Assembly: GCA_032718475.1 (NCBI GenBank) | Contig: JAUCBJ010008850.1 | Span: 1,492 to 65,491, forward strand | Source of the DNA: Nemertoderma westbladi | Lineage: Eukaryota; Animalia; Xenacoelomorpha | Length of the DNA: 64,000 nt | Reading direction: 5' to 3' | Part shown: piece after piece, positions 55,814 to 64,000 of the stretch | Layout of the letters: each line of letters starts with the position of its first letter | Numbering within the stretch: the first letter of the stretch is position 1 | The notes under the pieces: model-generated | The model's database searches: none | Told to the model about the DNA's origin: nothing | Seen by the model: the letters and a program-made list of their open reading frames with translations, nothing else | Made by a program: the position numbers and the translations under genes

Positions 55814-57115
55814 CAGTCTGGTTCCCGGCTTAATTTGACATTATGTCAAATTTGACATGTGGCATGTCAAATTTGTCACTAATGTCAAAATTGCCATTTC
55901 GTTGTTTAAATTCTAACTATACAGCTATAGGCATAGTTAAAAGACAGATGTCAAGGCAAATACGGGTAGTTGCAGTTGGTAGTTGATAGTTTATAGTACT
56001 TACTGACTTAATAGTTAAACAAATAGTTAATAGTACTTTCTTTAGTTGTATTCAGTAAAAATATAATCAGGCAATGTACAGATGTACGTGTACGAGCAAT
56101 CCCTCTGTGAGCAAGTCGAGTTCGATGGAAATGCTACATATGCCTGCCTATCCCATGTGTAGCGAGAGCGACCGGGTAAAAACAGAAGCAATTGCAAAAT
56201 TAACTGCGGAGCAACTGCGAGAAAAATTGATAGATGTTTTGTCTAATTGGCAGTCTGATTTCGTAGAATACTCAGAACTCCTTAAATTGTCTAAGAAAAA
56301 ACAAGAACTAGTCGATTTGTACTTCCAAATCCAACAAGATATGAGCAATAGCTAAATAGGTACCATAGAAGAGGAGCCTGAAACTGATGAATAGTCTGTT
56401 CTGAATAGGCTAATTGTATTGATATTGAGTTCCGAAATTGCATGTAGATATAATATAACAATGATTTGTGTTCTTTAAATAATTTACAGATTCTTGTTTA
56501 TGTTTAACATTGTTGGACGCAATAAAATTGCATCCCTCTCCAGGGGACATTGGACACAATTATAACAGTGGATTACTCTCAAAAATTAAACTGTAACCTG
56601 TTCTATTGTGTTTAGCTGTTTAGTATATTGTTTTGGTTAAAATAATGTGCCTTTGTAACCTGCTCCTTTCCAGAAGGAATCCGTAATTAAATATCCCATT
56701 TTTCATTTCATCAGTTGTCCAGTTTAAAATATAAAGCTATAATAATTAAAATTGATGTTGGATCAATTAAACAGATTTAATAATAAACCTTCAACATCAA
56801 ATCGTCTTATATATATATTTATACTACTGGTATAATATTGAATGTCAAATTTGGAATGTCATGTCAAATTTGAATCTTGCAGAATTTAAAACGTAATTAT
56901 TTCAAAAAATTCTTGGTGAATTTCAATTACCCCTGGTGAAAATGTTCAAATGGCAAATTAATGTCTACATATAAAAATTCAGATGCCCAATTAAATAATT
57001 GAACTCCCAAAGCACTTTTTCTCTTTTTCCATGTCAAATTTAGCATGAAATGTCAAATTTGAAAAGCAAAATGTCAAATTTGACATAATGTCAAATTAAG
57101 CCAGGAACCAGACTG
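55814..57115. mobile_element. Nested non-autonomous TIR element with 5-bp TSD
   Basis: ~45-bp TIRs CAGTCTGGTTCC(C/T)GGCTTAATTTGACATTATGTCAAATTTGACAT; TACTC at 55809-55813 and 57116-57120. Confidence 0.9.
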
Positions 57116-58346
57116 TACTCTGTCCGGAAATTGGGCACCTGCCCAAGTACCGGACAACCCAATCTTGTAAAAAAAAGTGCCCATTTGCGCCCATTAGATG
57201 GCGCTGGGCACTCAATGTTAAGATTTTATTTTGATGTAGGATAATGTCCTGTACTGTTAGAATCATCTTTTGATTGGAATAAACTATGGTTGAGCTACAA
57301 TAAAGGAAAAATCGAAATTCTGTCCGGAATTGGGGTACCCTACCCTACTGGACTATGTATAGTCATAGTATTGCACAATGCACAACGATATTATTCAGGA
57401 ACTGTAATACTACAGTCAGACAGTACCGGTACTAGAAATTTAGTTATGAGTTGAGTAGCCTATGAGAATATAAAAGAAAGAATTAAAATTATAAGAGTAT
57501 GAAATTATGAATGAATGAATAATATGAACCAAAGAATTAAGAATATTGGAATATAAACTATGAATGGCTGTCTGATCCTGATGTATCCCTGAGACCTGAC
57601 CTTTATACAGTTATATGGCTGTATGGTATGGCCTCATGAGTCATGAATCATGATGATACTAAGAGCTAGGCCTAATGCTGTAATAATAAATGCAGTAGTA
57701 GGAGTAGCCCTATAAAACTCAACAATCCCAGAGAAAAATCATCCAGGCATTATTTGCGGAGTTACGCCTATCTACGACTATCAAGGTAAAACGGGTCCTA
57801 CGAATTACCCAAAAAAACACAATATTACACAAAAAAAAACACAAAATACACAAAAAAACACAAAAAAATACAAAAAATTACACAAAAAAACACAATTTTG
57901 CCCAAAAAAACTACCCAAAAAAACAAAAAAAAAATGTTTTTTCATAAACAATGTATCTACAATAAGATTTAGGTTAATTGTAAGAAGAGTTTCAGTTTTC
58001 AATTTTCACTTTTTTCAAAATATTACATTTTGTTCATTTGAAGATTCCTTTAATGACCTACTGGCTACAGCCACCGGTTTAGGTTTACCGGTAAGCCTAC
58101 CCACCCATACTGCCATACTGCCAGACAGCACACAAAATCAGATTTCTTAATTAATGGAAAGGAGCAGGTTACAGACAAGTCCCTAAAAGGCAAAATAGCG
58201 CGGGAAATTCAAATGATTGAAAACACATGTAATTTGTACTGGAAAGGGTGGCAGATCAGATCTGCCACCTATATTTTGGCGGTAAATTCAAATCTGTTTT
58301 AACATTAAATACATGACTATAGAGTAAGACTAATAATGTAATTAAT

Positions 58347-59223
58347 TGAATCAGAATACATTATTTCTTATCGGTTTAACTCACTCATCCGTTATTGTTG
58401 TCGTTTTATCTATTCTAGGACTTCGAGCAGCACGTGGACAACTATGCTGACTGGTTAACTTGTCTGGGACTTCGAGCAGCACGTGCAACTAAGCAGACTG
58501 CTTAACTAGTCTGGGACTTCGAGCAAAATTGAGGGGGGGGGGGGGGGGGTGGGATCGGGGGATTTGGCTTAACTTCTACCCCAGTCAAATGTAAAGAACA
58601 TTTATTATTTGCTTGTATTAGTTATAATTACATCAGAACATTATAATTATCAGATTATAACAATTATACTCTTATACCTAGTATATTAATAGTAGATTTC
58701 AAGTAGATAGATGATAGAAAGGCGCAGTGAATAATGATATATTTTTGGCGGTTGATTCAAATTACAGAATTATCCTAAACTGTACACAGACCCAGACTAG
58801 ATAACCGCAGTCAGCTTAGTTGTTCACGTGCTGCTCGAAGTCCCATACTAGTTAACCAGTCGGCTTAGTTGTTCACGTGCTGCTCCAAGTCCCAGACTAG
58901 TTAACTGTTAACCAGGCAGCTTAGTAGTTCACGTGCTGCTCGAAGTTCCAGACCAGTCAGCTAGTTAACCAGTCAACTTAGTTTTTCACGTGCTGCTCGA
59001 AGTCCCAGACTCATTAACCAGTCAGCTTAGTTGTTCACGTGCTGCTCGAAGTTCCAGACTAGTTAACCAGTCAACTTAGTTTTTCACGTGCTGCTCGAAG
59101 TCCCAGACTAATTAACCAGTCAGCTTAGTTGTTCACGTGCTTCTCGAAGCCCCAGAATAGATAAAACAACAACAATAACGGATGAGTGAGTTAAACCAAT
59201 AAGAAATAATTTATTCTGATTCA
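58347..59223. mobile_element. Foldback element: long inverted arms with ~46-bp subterminal tandem repeats
   Basis: TGAATCAGAATA..AACTCACTCATCCGTTATTGTTG..GACTTCGAGCAGCACGTG mirrored at 58820-59223. Confidence 0.8.
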
Positions 59224-59231
59224 TTGAAGTA

Positions 59232-60200
59232 CAGGGTGTCCCATAAAATTTGTTACTACTTTGAATTTATATAACTCCCACGTATGTTGGATAAAATATA
59301 AGTTTTCTATATCAAATTAAAGCGAATATTCTAACTTATATTTTGGTCCATGTTTGGAGTCACAACGTTGTTATGGAAACAAAATACAGCCAATTGAATT
59401 CAAAAGCCAGATTTTATCCATTCGTAAGTGAAGCTTCGAGGCCGTTTAAATAGGTAATGCGCTATTTGGACGATACATGGTCATGAACATTGCTTGTTTG
59501 TTATGAAAGGTTAAAATTCGAGGAACGTTGGTCATAAAGTGTATTTATTTTTGGTTATTTATTTTATTACAATTTATTTTGTGCCAATATTCAACATACT
59601 AACTAATCTGACAAACAAATAAAGTATACAATCAATGCAATACTGTATGTATGCATACACACACTAGCATTAAATAATAAATAATGCCTGTGACAATATA
59701 ATAAACCTGGAATAATTGTAATGTACTTGTAATGTAATTTAATCTAAGAGTTAGACTAGACACTAGAAGTTTAATGCTATTATTGTACCGGTATCTATTT
59801 GTAAATCTCTATGTGGCCACCTCCTATTACCTGCACTTTTTCTAGTCTAGTCATCATTTCTGCAAAGGATCTCTGAAGATGGGCTTTCGGTATTCCGTTG
59901 AAGGCTTCAGTAATAGCAGGACGAAGTTGGGCCAAGGATTCAATCGGTTGGCTATAAACTAAGTTCTTAATGTGGCCCCAAAAATAGAAATCGCAAGGTG
60001 TCAGGTCCGGGGAGCGTGGTGGCCAGGCCACAGCACTGGTCCATCCCTGCCAATCCAATGTCCGTTAAAATGACAGTCCAAATAATTCCTAATGATAAGC
60101 CCCCAGTGTGGCGGTGCACCATCTTGCTGGAACACAATATCGCTATGATGGATTCCTAACCGAGGAACAAAAAATGAAGATATCAAATCTAAATAACTGG
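59232..60200 (-). pseudogene. 3' half of a Tc1/mariner DD41D (rosa/Visitor-type) transposon, frameshifted and interrupted by an LTR element
   Basis: TA-CAGGGTGTCCC terminus; FQQDGAPPHW..WIGR..WPPRSPDLTPCDFYFWG gives D41D spacing once a 5-nt insertion near 60030 is removed. Confidence 0.85.
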
Positions 60201-60751
60201 TGTGAGCGTTTTCAATTCCGCCACACCAACCCCCATAAAGTTGGCATTAAGTATTATTGGAACTACAAGGTTGATTACCATCAACCTTGTATCACCCCAA
60301 TAAGCGGGGCAACAAACCCCAAAGGAGACACACACAATGGGGGTCAGAGGTTATACCTCCAGGGGAGAGAGAATAACAGTAGCGGGGGAGAAACACTCCC
60401 AGGGGGATAGGGGTAAGAAGTGAGTTATCAGCCAATAGGGGGGAAGCATTGACTGAGTAACACGGCCAAACCTAGAGTAGTATATTACCGGTCGGTGTTG
60501 CTCATTCATTCAGTTTACCCAGTACAGTTACGGCAGTACGGTGACAGTTAAGACCGTCGCCGCCGTCATCAGTATACTTACACAATTATCTTGCTGTCTG
60601 GTGCTATCTCTGTATATATATATTATACTATCAACCGTATTACTGTATCAACAATATCGGAAGAACTTATAACAACCCTTTTCACTCACACGGCGGGGAC
60701 GCGTACGTAAACAACACCGGATAAACCGGGATCCTCTCGAATCCCGTCACA
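60201..60751 (+). repeat. 5' LTR (551 bp) of a second LTR retrotransposon
   Basis: TGTGA...TCACA termini; starts where the transposase frame breaks off; homologous to 1-356. Confidence 0.75.
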
Positions 60752-60822
60752 GTCTTAACTCACAAGAGTCTTAACCTCTAAGACCTGCCGAACTGTGACT
60801 GCTAGCCACCGACAGAGTAAAG

Positions 60823-63800
60823 ATGAGTAGAGAAGGAAAGACGACACCGTCGCGGACCCCGGACGGCGACCTAACGATCCGCGAGGCCGCGACGAGACGG
60901 TATCGACCCACGACGCCGGATCCGTCGACTACAGACGATCCGGCAATCCAAACGGAGGGGGGCCGTCTACAACGAGAAGGGAGAGACGAGTTGAGAGAAG
61001 GGAGAGACGAGTCGGGAGGAGAGAGAGACGAGTCGACACACAGCGGCGGTCGACGTGCCGATGTCGCCGGCCAGCCACAGGCCGAGGGCGACGGACGGCC
61101 CACCGGAACGGCAACGGTGGAGCCGCTGGTACGACGCCGGACCCGGAGAGATAGAGGAGATGTCGGCGACGAGGACGTCGGGGTCAGTGACCGGCTTCGA
61201 CGAGCCTACGCCGCGACCCGAAAGCAGTTGAGAGAGGCCAAAGGAGGGGCGAAGATAGACGAGGTGAGATTGAGGAAATGACTAGGTGAGTCGAACAGAC
61301 ACTTTGATTACCTAATGCGTTTTGGGCAGGGAGAACTAGCCGACGAGAGAGCGAAAGGGGTTGCCAGCGAACTGTTTGAACTATGGGAATGTGGGGGTAT
61401 GGAACCTAGCGTAGTGTACATAGGGCCATACTTAGTCGATGCCCGGGGAGTAAAATTAGTGGGTTGGAAGAGACCTGAGGAGGGCGAATCCGATCCGAAT
61501 AGGATTCGGTCTCGTCAGTCGGAGGAAGTTCCGGGAGGCGGGGGAAAGTTAGCAGGACGGGAAGGCGACGGGAGTCCGTCGCGACCGATAAGTCTGCTAT
61601 CCTCCGCGAAAGAAAGAAGGGTGCGGGCAATAGATCTGGCGTGCCAACTCGATCTGGCGGCGCTAGACCAGAGAGAATTAGTGAGACAGTTAGAGGAAGA
61701 GAGTGCGTTAATAGAGCAGGAGAAAGAGCTGGTTAGAGAGAACAAAGAGAGGGCCGAGAGGGCTGCGAGAAGCTTTATGGAGTGCGAGGAAATAGGGAGG
61801 ATGGAAAGGAAGGAGCAAGAAGAGCGCGAGGCAGAGCGTGAGGCGGAACGTAAAGAGCGCGAGGTGAGTGCGGATAATGAGCGAAAAGAGCACGAGGCGA
61901 GACGACTGGAGAGAGTTGCGAGAGAGGCAGAGTTAGCCGATCAGAATTCACGAGAGGGTAGAGAGAGGGAGAGTGAGAGAAAACGTGTGCGGGATGGTAT
62001 GCATGCCCGGCTAAAGGGGCTTATGCAGTATCAGGCGAAACAGAAACGCCGACTAGAACTGGCGCAGATGGGGCTGTCAGAGAGCAAGACTGGCTCGAGT
62101 ATTTATGAGGAGCCAAGGGCTGTGGAAACATTTATTAGTACCCCACTTACAGGGACCGCAAGACAGACCCAAGACTGGTGTGACCGTACGGGTGGGGGCG
62201 GGGGGGGGGGGTAATAATAATACAGTAGATAACGTTAATATTAATAGTACCGTAGTGGATAATTCTAACCAAACTCTCATTGCAGGAAATATAGAAGTAA
62301 TTGTAGTAGTAATACAGTAGTAGTAGTAAAGTAAAGTAGTAGTAAATTACTGTAGTAGTAATTTAGATTTAAATCCAAATACTTCATAGTAATATTAATC
62401 TACAAAATAATTCAAATAATGATATTAATTCAAATTTACAAAATAATCCGAATAATTTTAATTTAAATACGCAGAATAATTCAGATAATCTTATTTCGAA
62501 CGAACAAAATAATTCCGTTTCTAATTTAGGCGTGCAAAACAATTTAATTGATTTGGAGGATTTAATTGATTTAACGGGTGATACTAGTGATGGTGCTATT
62601 AATATAAACGCGGCGGGTGCGGGCAGCCCGACGGACGAGGGCCTGGTAGGCCACGTAGTTAGTAGGCAGGAAGTGGCGGGGTTGAGTCAACCCAGTGAGG
62701 GCCTGGTAGGCCACGTAGTTAGTAGGCAGGAAGTAGAGGGCCTGGTAGGCCACACAGTAGAAGAGGGAGAGGCGGGGGTGAATATACCAAGCCGCAGTAG
62801 GGTTAATGTGTCGGCTAGAGAGGGGTGTAGTAGCGAAGTAAGAGATAGTGAAGTTAGATGTGGCGAGTGGGGGGGGGAGGGGCTACAGGAGCCCCACAAC
62901 GAGAGATTAGCGGCGAGCGGGGGGGGAGGGGGCAAAGAGTGTCCCACAAGCGTCGGCGGATAGTGCGCGGGGCGAATTAGGTGAACCGCAGCACCCGGCG
63001 ACGGAGAGTAGTAGGGGGATTTCGAGTATCCCCAGCGGCGTGCGATCGAGCAGAGAGAGACAGGTTGACGTCGCGAGAGGGCGAGTGACGAGGCGTCGAG
63101 CCCGATCAGAAGAGGGAAGAAAAACAATGGAGTTTAACTGGGAGGTCGACGAGAGATCTCACGAGCGGGAATACTGCACTGCAGAGAGAAGAAAGGAAGA
63201 GAGTAGAAGAAGTGTCGCCGCGAACGACAGGAGAGCGAGGACGGATAGTGAGCCGTCGGTAGTAGAGGTGGAGACGGAGGGTCAGTGGGGTCGAACTTCG
63301 GGAGGTTGCCGTCGCCCCGGAGGAACGCGACCTGACGAGGCGTATTACGCGCAGAGAGAGGGGTACGGGATGTACCGGCACGAGGACGAGAGCAGTAGAG
63401 GGGGTCGAAGAGAAACTTCCCGACCGGATATACCTACCGATCGAGAATACGGTAGCCGCGGGGAGGATTATTCGAGAAGGATAAACTTTGATCCCGAGCG
63501 ACACATACAGACTGCAGGACATACTGTAGGCCTTACTGCACATACCATAGGCCATGCTGAGAGAGATAATTAGGCGATAGGATAGCGCGAACAACGGGAT
63601 TAAACCCGGAAGTCGCGGAGTATATACCGGCAGGGAGGCCAGAAGTAGATAGGCCTATACCGGTACCAGCACAGCAGTATGACTACAGCATGCAAGGACA
63701 TAACATATACCCAGGGGAGGGGAGAATTATTGCGGATACGTGTATGCGCCCCAATATATTAACATCAACCCCAGTACCAAACATACCGGTGGGGGGGGGG

Positions 63801-64000
63801 GGACATCACAATATCAACAATATACCCCAATAGGAGTAAGAACATCGAACCCCTTGGATGAGAATAGATCGTGTGACACAGAAATATGGAGGGGGCCACT
63901 ACCCCCTATGATATATCCAAGTCAGAGGAAAGCAGCAGACAGGACGAACGGACCGCACCCAACGGGAGAACCTATACAGCACCCATTGAACCCATTGGAA
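60823..64000 (+). pseudogene. Degenerate gag-like region of the second LTR element (probably Ty3/Gypsy; runs off the window)
   Basis: Purine-rich R/E-rich coiled-coil ORFs (60823-61281, 61315-62214, 62532-62963, 63040-63573) broken by stops and G-run frameshifts. No pol motifs in the window, so the family is unproven. Confidence 0.55.

Larger units (their letters stand above)
52373..57345 (+). mobile_element. Internally deleted pogo-like DNA transposon
   Basis: 25-bp TIRs GGGTA(A/G)GGTACCCCAATTCCGGACA, TA on both sides; carries a transposase C-terminal fragment. Confidence 0.85.

Overview
AT-rich animal (probably invertebrate) genomic DNA, not prokaryotic. The main feature is an intact-looking, very young 16.6-kb BEL/Pao LTR retrotransposon (12725-29306) with 1921-bp LTRs and an ACAGG TSD. 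It has several unusual traits: TAT...ATA termini instead of TG...CA; no tRNA primer-binding site but an 11-nt PBS exactly complementary to a sequence in its own LTR (Tf1-like self-priming geometry); Pol III A/B boxes in U3; a 2932-aa gag-pol; an accessory triple zinc-knuckle ORF apparently reached by splicing plus a -1 frameshift; and a ~20-nt hairpin motif repeated 8 times across coding and non-coding sequence. Host genes on the minus strand are a 5-coding-exon C2 + FIP-RBD (Rab11-FIP-like) gene and a ~1.2-kaa low-complexity ORF ending in a PAM2 motif and an eIF4E-binding YxxxxLL motif. The rest is satellites (13/26-, 40-, 63- and 182-bp units), MITEs, a deleted pogo-like transposon with a nested 5-bp-TSD element, a DD41D (rosa-type) transposase relic, and the 5' part of a second, degenerate LTR element whose PBS is also complementary to its own LTR. 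All calls were made by eye; no searches or folding programs were run.
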